A stretch of 64,000 bases of DNA from Macrostomum lignano (Eukaryota): contig NIVC01000163.1 in the NCBI GenBank assembly GCA_002269645.1, forward strand, positions 434,001 to 498,000, given 5' to 3'. Below are positions 1 to 58,300 of the stretch, in pieces (position 1 is the stretch's first letter; each line of letters begins with the position of its first letter). The notes below the pieces were generated by a model. The model had not been told where the DNA came from, searched no databases, and saw only the letters and a program-made list of their open reading frames with translations. The position numbers were made by a program, and so were the translations under genes.

Positions 1-3000
1 AACCAGAACCAATTTGTGAAGTATAACTTTTTGTCTTCATAACTAGTAGTGATATATCGAAATTATTTTTCAAATTGAAATTGAAATCGAAATTTTCGGT
101 TCCTTAGAATCGAAATTGAAATTGAAATTGAAATCAAAATTGAAAATTTTGAGCTTAACAAATTTTTACTTTTTCGCTAATCATGCAAAAAGGTTAACAC
201 CTTGCCTCTGCATGTATGAGCTTACATGTTTTATAAAAAGTATCTTTGATATGTTTAAACCAGAATATTTAAGATTTAACTTACTTTAAAAATACGAAAT
301 AGAAAATGCTGGTATATTATATATTATACACTCGTATATAGAAATATAGTAGAAATTGTATTATACTTCACCGCTGTTTAAGCTGAAGATCTAGATACGA
401 CATATGAGTGGCCTATATCCATTTCATTAAGGCTTTAAGTCTTTAGCCAATTAAAATCCACGCCGATGAGTTCAGCCAGTGGGCTTGTGGAGGTTGAGGT
501 GGGTGCAGCACAAGGCCTGGAACAGTGTATGCCCCGCACAATCTTTCTTGTAGAAAAGGCGATTCTCACCTCCCCACCACACTTCCTTTCACTTCCTATA
601 GATTTTCTTTCCTGTGTAGCATGATCATCAATGTCTAAATTGTTAAAATATAACCAAAATTTTGAAATGATTTTCGAAGAATGGTGTCAAAATTCAAAAT
701 CAAAATCAAAATTATTTCGATGCAAGATTAGTTTTGAAATTCGGAATATTGAAATCGAAATCAAATTTTGATACATGACTAATAACTAGAGGGAGATACA
801 TGCTATAAAGTTTTTATTAGGCCTATTGAATGACAATTACCAAGAAAGTGAAAAATTGTGCTAAGTAAGGTTGTTAAGGCAGTCAAACATTCAACAGAAT
901 TAAATAGTTATACTGCTATTCTTCTTGGAAGATCCAAACCGATTCTGATTCTGGAATTGGTAATATGAAAAGCCTCATAGGCCTCTGCAATGCAGCCATC
1001 TAATTTGAACTGGCCATGTTCCAATTTTTGACCAAATATGTGACTTACATATAAAAGAGTCCCTAAAGATAAATTAACACAATTTTAGGTAAATGTCAGG
1101 TCAGGAGTAACTGTGACTGTACTAGTGTACTATAATTCTCTATCAAGGCAAAATGCCTTATTGTCTAATTAGTATTTTTTGGGTCAGCATTTTTGCAACT
1201 TTATAAACATTTGTTGCCACTCAGGCAGCAAGCTAATGAAATGATTGGAATAAGAATAACATAACAAAGATGTGTTAGATCTTAAGTCACTAACTTTTAT
1301 ATAGCGAAACAAAACACCAAACTTACAAACTATGGGGGTAGTATGGGTTAAATTTAGGCAGAAAATAAATAGACACTGAGGCGTAAAATAACAGTAAGTT
1401 TAGTTTGGCTCCAAACATAACATTCAAAGCATAAATAGGTATGCATAAAAACACGATTAGCCCAGGCTAATAAATCATACGATCAAAGTACATTAAGTAC
1501 TACTGAATTACTGACACACTGCGAATGCGAAAATGGTTTCTGAGATAGCGTTTACAGGAAACTGAGTCAGCACAAAAATGTTAAGCCGTTTTTTAAGTTT
1601 GACACATTTAAAAATTCAAAAAACTTTCTTTTTGATTAGTATCATAGAATAACGTTTACACAATACATTAATTCATGCATTACATTATATTATTTTTAAT
1701 TTTTTGTTTTAATCGTTTATTTTAACAAAACTCCGCTAGATTCTAAAGTTCATATTGTTTAGAAGTTTCCAGATAGAAAAGTTTTTTATTATTAACAAAC
1801 TAATTCTGTAATTAAAAATAAAATGATTCTGTGAACAAAAATACCCTCTTGAAATCTTCTAAAACCATTTTACAAGAACTAATAATGATATATCATTAGA
1901 ATGTCAAGGTGCTTACGTTAGCATTTATACGTGTGCATTCATCTAATCATGCTTTAAATCATGTTTCGCATGTACAGCCACTGTAGCTATTCATTCGGTA
2001 CCTGGCTCAATTTTTGCCATGTACGTGAATTAAAAGATTTTAAGCGCCAGGCCGTTGCATTATTGCCAATTATATCGTATAGTTTATAATATTGAATTCC
2101 AATAAATGACTATTTTAGTCGATCAACTTGAGTATTTATATTAGTGACAACTAAAACTAAATTGTTTTAGTTGTCCCTAAGTTGTTAGGGCTATGTTTAA
2201 CATGCACACTTAAGTCGTCCTTGATTCAGACTGCCCTCGAACGAGATGATGCACATCTTCGCTTTGCACAATGTACTCTGTATATGCGTTAACGAATTTC
2301 TCACACTGTTCAAACGCTATATCACCTATATGCATCACTAGTAGTCGTCAATTAGGGTCTACGTATGTACATTTACTTGTATATGCACAATGTTTTACAT
2401 GTATGTACTAATATAACCTACATGCGCATGTAAATTTGTACTAAAATGGCCATACGTAGTAATAGTTGTTGGGTGGTGCAAATGCACGCATGTAACCGGT
2501 GCGGCTACTCATACAGTACGCAGTGTTCTCAGCATGCTCGAGAATATGGGCGATAAAAAGTGCGAAGTCCATGCAATGCCGCAGAAAAATGGAAATTAAT
2601 TTTTAATTGTAGAATTTAATTTAAGTTTAGTAAATTAAACTTTACGTTTTAATTTTTGCTTTTTTGGATGTTGTATTCAACGGTGCAATATATAGCTACG
2701 CAAATAGCTTATGGCTATTGTACATGTACATGTACATACATTGTATGCATGGAGACGTGTAAAAAAATGAAATCTGACTCCGGCAGAGTGTGACTTTGCA
2801 GGTTGCAGTTTGCTACATATACTGAGGAAGAGAAAGCATATATAATTAAAACGTATACTGACGTATTAGGGCGAAATACAGTGTGATTACATTAAATTAG
2901 CTTAAGCTAATAAACAGCATGTTGGTTAAAGTAAATTGTAAGCTAACGGTAACAGTTAAATTACGCAGACGAATATGTAATCCTGACTTCTACACTATAT

Positions 3001-3570
3001 GCTTATTTATTAACTGATGGAGAATTGCTTACATGCATGTTTGTGTAGATGCATGTACAGCGTCATCATAGGCATTACATTATTATGTGCATGAAGAACA
3101 TTGACCACCAGCAGAATTTTCAAGCGACGCTACTTTCGAAAGATTTAGGTAATTTTGAAGGCCCATCTACTTTGAAAAGTATAGTTCGAGGACATAAAAA
3201 ATCCTATATTTTCATCACACAATCAATGATTGCATTTGATTTTGGGCAGCGAAGATTTTCATGTTTCATACAATTTAGCATATATGCACAACATGTTACT
3301 TTTTGTGATGAAAAAAAGTTTTCCTATCTCCGCAGTGTGTTTTTTCTAGGAAATTGGCCTCCAAAAATTACACGATTCAGTTTAGCGTCCTGATATGCTT
3401 GTACTGACATGGTTGTACGACTCCTCGATGCAGGATTGCAGGCATGCAGGTGCGGCCAAAACACGTTTATATTAATCTTTATAAGGACTGAAGCAAGACC
3501 TAAATTTGTTAAGTTTACGGAAACATACACTAATGAAGCATAGCTGCTCGAATATATAGATTAATAAATT

Positions 3571-40607
<37,037 letters not shown>

Positions 40608-40688
40608 TGTCAAGTTTTTTCTAGCTAATTCTAAAGAAGACAGCGATCCTTCACTAACAGAGGTGGGGGCAGGGGGTCCGTGCGTGCA

Positions 40689-40797
40689 TTTATACCGAAC
40701 TGCAGGGATCTGCATGGGGGCGGGAGCGTCTCCCCTATTCGCTTCCCTGCAACTAGTTTGCTTCCCGCTTGCCAATCCTCACAAGTAACCCAATTGG
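40689..40797 (-). promoter_or_regulatory. Candidate GPCR core promoter (TATAAA plus CCAAT)
   Basis: Minus-strand TATAAA at 40689-40694, ~82 nt upstream of the ATG; CCAAT at 40793-40797, ~100 nt further upstream. Motif match only. Confidence 0.35.
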
Positions 40798-42344
40798 CTG
40801 GAGTTACAGGAACTAGCCTAGCTTAACTAGTTAAGACAGAGAACGGCTTTCACGGGGGGATTTACTTTTATTGCTTATACGCTTTTAGATGCAGTTGATG
40901 AAGTGAAACGGTTTGAAATCGTGAGGATTCCAGGCTGTAGGTAGTTCCTCGAACTTATCAACAGGGTGTCTCTATAGTCACCTGGTGGCACCTGTTGAAA
41001 GGCGCAATGCTGCCCATTCCGCTGAATCCTGAGCACATGCAAGCGCCAATACTGTGCGCATGCGTACACTTGCACACGCTCACACAGGGTGCACAGTGGC
41101 CCTGACTTTCTAATCATCAGGCATGTACACTGTCTGAGCCTCATCGGAGGCTGGCCTTCATGGGGTGTGAATTGCATGACAGAGTGACCGCCCAATTATT
41201 CGCAAACAAGCCCAGGAATGGCAACCAAGTGAGTAGCTGTATAGTGAGCACTGGCGTCTTCCTTGTGGGTACATTCGAAAAGCTACATTATTGTGGTGCT
41301 AATATCGTCAAAGAAATGCACTATTAGAGGGCAGATGCACTCAATCTAGATTTAACCATCTTGGTTTTACTAAGGACTTCTTTGCTAAAAAAACTCGTAA
41401 CCCTATAGCTAGATAAGATCAAAGTGCCGATAGGGTTGTTAAAACGAACGCAAAACTTTTTGAAATCTCTTTTTCAATTAAAATTCTAACTTAGGTAGTG
41501 TCGTCCGTATATATTACGCGTTATGCTACTGTTTTACAGCAGTAGTAGTATCAATAGGGTGAAAAGTTTAGTAGAAGGTATTTTTCGTATTTAATAAATC
41601 AAATATATTGATGAATTCTGAAGTTGATGCAAATAATTTCATTTTAATTTATACACAAAATTATTTATTGAACTTAAACAATGATTTTATTTTGTATTAC
41701 GCAGCAATATAGGGAAACAAATAACCAGTGGTAATGAATTCATACAGTAATATATTTTATCTGTGTATTAATTAGTATTATTAATAATAAATAACATTAT
41801 TGATAATATAGGTATTATAGTTGTATGATTGGCAACAAGTGTATGAAGATTATAATAAACAGCTCCAAACTTGAAGTAGGGCAGTGTCTGAGACAAAAGA
41901 ACTTATTATATTGTTTTACTCTCAAAGTATAACAAAAAGCTAATCTAAAAAGCTGTAAAAAAACATTTCAGCCACTGATTCCAGATAGCTAATATATAAT
42001 ATTAATAAATAATCATTACAAGACCCCGAAAATATCTTGACAGTGTAAAAAACCTTATTCACAATTCACAATTCACAGCACAACATGTACTTTATCTAAG
42101 CTTAGCGAGTGAGTTTATATTGTAAGGTGCCATAATTGTTAGAAATTGGAACATTGGAAATGACATATGGGACAGCTGGGACCACTTGTGACTCACCTGG
42201 GATCAACTTTCGCCCCTTTGAGATAAACTTAGATCACCTATTATCATCTTAGATCACATGTGATGTACAGCTGGATCACCTTGGATCATTGTGGGTCACG
42301 GAGGTCACCTTTCACAACATATGGGTTCACCTGTCATGATCTGA

Positions 42345-42550
42345 GACACACCTGTGATACAACTGAGATACATCTGTGATACACCTGTGATACACCTGTG
42401 AAACACCTGTGAAACACCTGTGATACACTTGTGATACACCAGTGATACACCTGAGATACACCAGTGATACACCTGTGCCACAACAGTGATACACCTGTGA
42501 TACACCTGTGATACACCAGTGATACACCTGTGACACACCTATGATACACC
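42345..42550. repeat. 11-bp repeat (TGATACACCTG)n just 3' of the WS/DGAT-like stop codon
   Basis: Read directly. Confidence 0.9.
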
Positions 42551-42569
42551 TGCTCTACCCAATCCTCAG

Positions 42570-50984
<8,415 letters not shown>

Positions 50985-51744
50985 GGCAACGATCAGATTT
51001 TTTGTGCGTTAAAATCCGTTCAATTTCGAAGCCTATTTAACTTCAGTCGAGAGAAGGGATTAGAGGGTTCTAGATAAGGAGGCAGCGGTTGAGGGAGTTG
51101 AAAGCTAATTCGCGTTTTATTCCACTGTCCCTGTAATCCCTTCTCCCTCTGGGAGAGGAGCATATATGTGTGTGTATGTGTGTGTGTGTGCGAATATTTC
51201 TCCCTGTTCGTCTCACGAGTGTCCGCTCATTCGCGGAGCGCACACGGAGCTCTGGGGGGAAGAATGATGCAGCTAGGAAGAAGCGACTTCGGTCTCTCAG
51301 CCAAGAGTGGTGAAGGAGCAGAGAGGGAGAGTAAGAGAGAAAGCGAGGCTCTTCGAAGACAGAACAATTTGAGAGTGCTCAATCGCTTCGGACCTGCGGT
51401 GATGCAGCAGAGAGGCTGACTGGGGGGGAGGGAGTCGTTACTTTCATCCCTCATCCCTGCAGTCCTCAGCTGCAAATATTCGTCTCCAAAAATGATGCGA
51501 AATCCGCTATGGGCGGGCGCGGCCCGAAGTGAGGAATCGAATGGCGTGGGTGGCAGTGCGTGGGCAGACAGCTTTTAAGACTCAATTAGCTAAGCGAAAT
51601 AATTGCTGGGCGGGCAGACTGAGCTGGCATGGGCTGGCTAATTTTTATTCCTGCTGGCACGCTTTGTTCGGATTAGATATCGCGAGCATTAACGACTGCG
51701 TCAACACAGCTGTGCTTAACAGCGCCAATCTATGAAGGTTCCAC

Positions 51745-51905
51745 TCTATAACGGCGCTAATCTATAACGGCGCCAATCTATAACGGCGCCAATCTATAAC
51801 GGCGCTAATCTATAACGGCGCTAATCTATAACGGCGCCAATCTATAACGGCGCCAATCTATAACGGCGCCAATCTATAACGGCACCACTCTGTAACGGTG
51901 CCAAT
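51745..51905. repeat. 16-bp repeat (CTATAACGGCGCCAAT) x ~10, intergenic
   Basis: Read directly; degenerate copies continue to ~51980. Confidence 0.9.
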
Positions 51906-52676
51906 ATACAACCACCACCAATCTATAATAGCACCAAAGCTCCAATTTATAACGGCACCAATGGCACCACTCTATAACGGCTGAACTCATTTTAATTATA
52001 TAATTATTAACTTTCCATTCTTTTCACTGCTTCAAACTGATTGTAGGCGCAAAGTTTAATAAAAGCAGAATGCAAACAGAAGAAGACATATCTTTTTAAC
52101 ACAGCCAGACGAGAGCTGAAGGCACAGCATTGCATAGAAGGCCAGCAAAATTGAAAGAAAATTTCTAAAACTCAAGAATGAAGAATATATTTACAATCAA
52201 ATAAATAATTTGTTCGGATTATGATAAGCTTATTATTTGAACAAACTGACTGCGACACAAGAAGTGTATAATGTGTATAGAATTCACAACATCAACAGAA
52301 CGAGATGACTTTTTTATTTGTTTAATTGTCGAGAAAAAGTATAACAAACGTAAATCGGGAAAAATTACTGAAAACTGTGAGTTTCAGGTTCCGTGGAAAC
52401 AAAATAGGACAAGCTGTAGTCAAAGCATTTTCAAATTGCAAAAAAAATTGATAGAGTAGTTACACTGGTAAAATGCCAGTTATTAAAAAAATATCAAATG
52501 ATATTATCCCGATCAGCTTGAGACAGAAGACACAGCTGTTTTAGCTGGGAAAATGTTAAACACTTTATTTATATCATCTTAATATTTATATAAATCATCA
52601 CTTGATCCAATTTATAGAAATTGGAAAAGAAAAACTGTAGCTATATGTAAACATGTGACTAACAATTTAATAAAGA

Positions 52677-53733
52677 TCCCTGTATCAGATCCCTATCAGA
52701 TCCCTATCAGATTCTTATCAGATCCCTATCAGATCCTTATCAGATCCCTATCAGATCCTTATCAGATCCCTATCAGATTCTTATCAGATCCTTATCAGAT
52801 CCCTATCAGATCCTTATCAGATCCTTATCAGATCCCTATCACATCCTTATCAGATTCTTATCACATCCTTATCAGATCCTTATCAGATTCTTATCAGATC
52901 CCTATCAGATCCTTATCAGATCCCTATCAGATCCCTATCAGATCCCTATCAGATCCCTATCAGATCCCTATCAGATCCCTATCAGATCCTTATCAGATCC
53001 CTATCAGATCCTTATCAGATTCTTATCAGATCCCTATCAGATCCTTATCAGATCCCTATCAGATCCCTATCAGATCCTTATCAGATCCCTATCAGATCCT
53101 TATCAGATCCCTATCAGTTCCCTATCAGATCCCTATCAGATCCTTATCAGATCCCTATCAGATCCTTATCAGATCCTTATCAGATCCCTATCAGATCCTT
53201 ATCAGATCCCTATCAGATCCTTATCAGATCCCTATCAGATCCTTATCAGATCCTTATCAGATCCCTATCACATCCTTATCAGATTCTTATCACATCCTTA
53301 TCAGATCCTTATCAGATTCTTATCAGATCCCTATCAGATCCTTATCAGATCCCTATCAGATCCCTATCAGATCCCTATCAGATCCCTATCAGATCCCTAT
53401 CAGATCCCTATCAGATCCTTATCAGATCCCTATCAGATCCTTATCAGATTCTTATCAGATCCCTATCAGATCCTTATCAGATCCCTATCAGATCCCTATC
53501 AGATCCCTATCAGATCCCTATCAGATCCTTATCAGATCCCTATCAGTTCCCTATCAGATCCCTATCAGATCCTTATCAGATCCCTATCAGATCCTTATCA
53601 GATCCTTATCAGATCCCTATCAGATCCTTATCAGATCCCTATCAGATCCCTATCAGATCCTTATCAGATCCCTATCAGATCCTTATCAGATCCCTATCAG
53701 ATCCCTATCAGATCCCTATCAGATCCCTATCAG
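52677..53733. repeat. 11-bp minisatellite (ATCAGATCC[C/T]T)n, ~96 units, just 3' of the PLD stop
   Basis: Read directly; the ACATCC variant block repeats at 52841 and 53270 (429 bp = 39 units). Confidence 0.97.
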
Positions 53734-53823
53734 CTCCAACACTGAACTACCGCAAACAATCACTAATTTGTTGTGGAGACAGTTGAGGTCATCATCACTA
53801 ATGAATGCAGCAGTTTGCTCAGC

Positions 53824-55364
53824 TCACAGCCACGTGATGAGCGGCACAATGGAGGCGCTGGTGATCCGGCCCACCGGGAAGTCCAAATTGACGCCCTCCA
53901 AGAATCGCATGGGAAACTCGACCAGAAATCCTCTGACTTCGCCTTCCAGCCGTTGCAAAGCAACATCCCGATTGGTCGCGGCGAGGCCCGGCTCACCTGT
54001 CCACTGCTTGAGCTGCCGGTAATTAACCACTCGATCCGTTGGATAGCAACGAAACACGGTCTCGTAGATTTCCGTATTCCGTTTGGCCGTCTCGCGCCAC
54101 AGACCGTTGAACAGGGCCTCACCGACCGGGTCCGACAGCAGGCGGTCCTTCGGATCGTTCCACTGCACGCCGAGGTGCTCGCGCATGATGCACCGCCTCA
54201 GCGAGCCGCAGAAGGCGCCAGTCAGCACCCGGCCGCAGCCCTGCCACTCGGCCGGTAGCAGGTCCGGCCCGGCGTCCTCAAACCGGACAGCCAGCTCAGA
54301 GTCTCGGTAGCCCAGCAACGAGCGATCGTTGATATTTGCGGAGCCAATGATGGCCACCCGATCGTCAGCGATGAGCAGCTTGCTGTGAATATAGATGAGC
54401 TCTGTGCTCAGCCTGCCGCCTCTCAGCTGTCCCCAGGTGCGCATTGAGCACACTGACAGGTAATCTTCGATAGGTATGCCAGCTAGCAACAGCCTGGACA
54501 TCACTGAGTGTTCAGACCTGCACAGACACTCGTAGGTGTGATGCATGATCTTCTTGATGCTCTCGCCGCTGCTGCCGCTCTCCGAGATGTCGCCTTCGAA
54601 CTGCGGCAGCAGCGGCAGCACCAGATAGGCGCGGAATGGCCGGCCCTCGGAGTGGGCCCGGATGATCCTGTCCACCAGGCGGCTGGCGATGGGATTCTGC
54701 ACCGGCCATTTGGACCGGCCCAGACTCTCGTCTGGACAGCTGATGAAGAACTGGTTCTCGATATACACATAGTGCTCGGCCGTGTCGATGGCGTGGCACA
54801 TGGCCTGCAGGATGGAGGTCTCGGGCTCCTCGATGCCACCGGACCACATGCCCAGGCTGCGCAGCACAGTCACTCGGTTGGCGAACTTCGGAGCAATGCT
54901 CTTGAACGGCAGCGGTCGAGGACGCGGCGGCTGCTGCTGCTGGTGGTCACCTGTTGACGCCGCCTGCTGCTCCTGGCGACCCTCTTGATGGCTGTGATGG
55001 TTACGCTCGAGAAAGCTTCTAAGACTCCACGTGTTGGATTGTTGCTTTTTGTCCCAGCGTTTCTGCTGCTGCTCGTCGAATTGCTGCTGCTGCTGGAAGT
55101 CATCGTCATCATCTTGATCAGCATCCGCAGCATCGGATGACATTGGGCACTCCGCCTTCAGCGCCTTCGGGATCAGCAGCGGCGGCCGGTTGCCTCGCCG
55201 GCCTGCGCTGTTGCGCCTCTGGCCAACGCCATTGGCCTTGTTTTTCACGGTGAAATTCCAGCGCTCGATGAAGTGACGCGAGAGGTCGCGAGCCGCGTTG
55301 CCGCCCACGACGCAGCCGATGTCGTGCCAGGGCATCCGGGGCACGCGGCCGCGGTCCACGAGCT
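53824..55364 (-). CDS. Pld: PLD terminal exon (second catalytic half)
   Basis: Acceptor TTTTCACTTCCCCAG|AG CTC; contains PRMPWHD, the HKD2 motif and the C-terminal Trp motif; stop at 53824-53826. Confidence 0.95.
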
Positions 55365-58300
55365 CTGGGGAAGTGAAAATAGATTGGCTTCGCCAGCTGG
55401 ATCTTGAGAGCAGAGGAATCCAAATTTGACTAGAAAGTGAGCCGAAAAAATGGCTCACAACTCAAAATACAGACACTCAGATCAAAATACAGACACTCAG
55501 TGCAAAATACAGACGTTCAGATCGAAATACAGACACTCAGATTCAAATACAGACACTCAGATCAAAATACAGACACTCAGATTCAAATACAGACACTCAG
55601 ATCAAAATACAGACACTCAGATCAAAATACAGACACTCAGATCAAAATACAGACACTCAGATCAAAATACAGACACTCAGATCAAAATACAGACACTCAG
55701 TTCAAAATACAGACACTCAGATCGAAATACAGACACTCACATCAAAATACAGACACTCAGATCAAAATACAGACACTCAGATCAAAATACAGACACTCAG
55801 ATCAAAATACAGACACTCAGATCAAAATACAGACACTCAGTTCAAAATACAGACACTCAGATCGAAATACAGACACTCACATCAAAATACAGTCACCTAA
55901 TTCAAAATACTGACCCAGATCAAAGTACAGGTACAGGTATAGAGTATGGAATAAAATTTTCGAAATAGATTTAATATTTGAAAACTAAAATGAACTATAT
56001 TACGAAGTACGTCGAAAAATTCCCCACCATATCTGCAATGCGCTACTAACACGAGTAGGCTAAAAAAGAAAGGCAAGTATACTCAAAAACTTACCTTCAT
56101 CGGGCTGGTCCATTCTAACGGGTTCCTTCCTCAGCCAGTTAACATAGTCTTTGCCTTTCCACAACTGAATTTTATCAACTTCGTCAGGTCTGATGGCAAA
56201 TTTGGGGTCCACGTCGCTTCTGCAAAAGTTCAAATGGGATACAGATTATGTTTATCAACGTGTTTCTAAAAATAGACCGAAAGTATAGGCGGTGCTTATA
56301 TTCTGCAAATTCAAACAAGCACTCAAAATATTGCACATTGTCCTCCAGCTGCTTCACAGGCTCTCTGTAGTCATGGCAATAGACTCTTTTCCTAAACAAT
56401 AAAGCTATATTGCGAAATATTTCACCAAACAAAGGCAGCAGCCTCCCAGAGCGTAAAAACGGAGACAAAAAGCCACGCAAAGAGCTCACGGCTTGTTCAT
56501 TGCGAAAATGCAAGTTATTTATTTGGAATAATAACACCGGGAACCTCCGTGACTGCGCCAGTCTGCACTGCACGCTTGGGCATTGGGTTGAAATGCCAAT
56601 ATTTACTGAGCTGGTGGGTTTGCCGGGGAACGAGGCTGGGTAAGATTCCTAAAAATGATGAGGGAGAATAGCGAAGGAGGACGTCAGAGAGTCCTCAGTC
56701 CTCAATTATACTCTTAACTGTGTTGCATTATGCACAATTACTCAACTATACTCAACTATACTCAACTACATACTTAACTATACTCAACTATACTCAACTA
56801 CATACTTAACTATACTCAACTATGCTCAACTATACTCAACTATACTTAACTATACTCAACTATAATCAACTATACTCAACTATACTCAACTATATGCTCA
56901 ACTATACTCAACTATACTCAACTATATGCTCAACTATACTCAACTATACTCAACTATATGCTCAACTATACTCAACTATACTCAACTATATGCTCAACTA
57001 TACTCAACTATACTCAACTATATGCTCAACTATACTCAACTATACTCAACTATATGCTCAACTATACTCAACTATACTCAACTATATGGTCAAACTCAAC
57101 TATGTAAACCTCCGAGAACAAGTTTAGTTCAGCAAAACATGAGAACACCCTAAACAGACATTTATTGCATCGCAATTAGCCCTAACAAGTTTACGGTTAC
57201 AATAGGAAATTACAAACTAATTAAACACTAACTTCCTACACATTCTGCTCAAAACTCATTAGCAACTGTTCTCCATCTAGAAATGCAGCTTGCAACGGTT
57301 CTCTTGCAAGCAGCCAGCACGCACGCGTGAAACCTTAGCAACTGAATTCTAATTCCAGGTGGGAATTTACCCATCGTATGTACTGCTAAGCCAAGATGGA
57401 GAGAGCACAGGAGAGAGTGTAGCCGTTATAAAATTTCTTTTTAATGGTCAACATTAGATTACTAGCAATAAGTTGTTTTCAGAGAACTGTTCATGGAGTT
57501 CTATAATATTAATTTCTAAATTGAGATGCATAAAACTAATTTTTTAATTTGTAGATGTAAATCTACCTTAAATACGTTTTTAATATTCTAATTAATATCC
57601 AAATCCAGGTACCAGTTCCAGAACTCCATGAATAACCTATTTAGTATAATCTTTGGTTCAACTAAAAAAATCTTGTGGGCTCAACTCTTATTGTGGAGCA
57701 ATAGTGCAGCAGACTGTTTCCAAACTCTTTCTTTCTGTTGACATTTACTTATGAATAACTGGCCCAAGGTCTTCTGTTGACAGTTTTTTTTGACAATCTC
57801 TGCCTTGCCCTGCCCTGCCAGCCAAGAGAGGTGCAAAATGCGAAAACATGCGCACACAGCACACACCCAGTTTTCTGACAAATAATATTTTCATCATTTA
57901 TAAGAAATAGAAATTTTATATTGTCTTAGAAAGAGTGGCTGGGTTGAGATTTGCCTTAATAGAACTTCAAACAATAGAATTTTATATGGCAAACTGAATG
58001 ATAAATAAATTTTGGCTAACGGTTAACTACGAAGCTTAATGGTTTAACTCTATCAGAGGCTAGATCAAGTAGATAGAAATCTATTTTTTTGAAGTGCATC
58101 TGCACTCTATGGCAAAGCTATAGAAATCAAACTCTTGTTCAGTAAAGTGCATCTGCACTCTATGGCCAAGCTATAGAAATCAAACTCTTGTTCAGTAAAG
58201 TGCATCTGCACTCTATGGCCAAGCTATAGAAATCAAACTCTTGTTCAGTCAAGTCATCTTCACTCTATGGCCAAGCTATAGAAATCAAACTCTTGTTCAG

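Noticed and set aside
1-3530. ORFs 3049..3393 and 3324..3530, and the short GAAATT/CAAAAT repeats at 60-150 and 690-780
   Set aside because: AT-rich, no family motifs, no supporting splice structure; probably 3'UTR or intergenic low-complexity DNA.
52655-57153. + strand ORFs (IRSLSDPYQ, KYRHSDQNT, NYTQLYST and GC-rich antisense ORFs over PLD)
   Set aside because: Repeat translations or antisense shadows of GC-rich coding exons.
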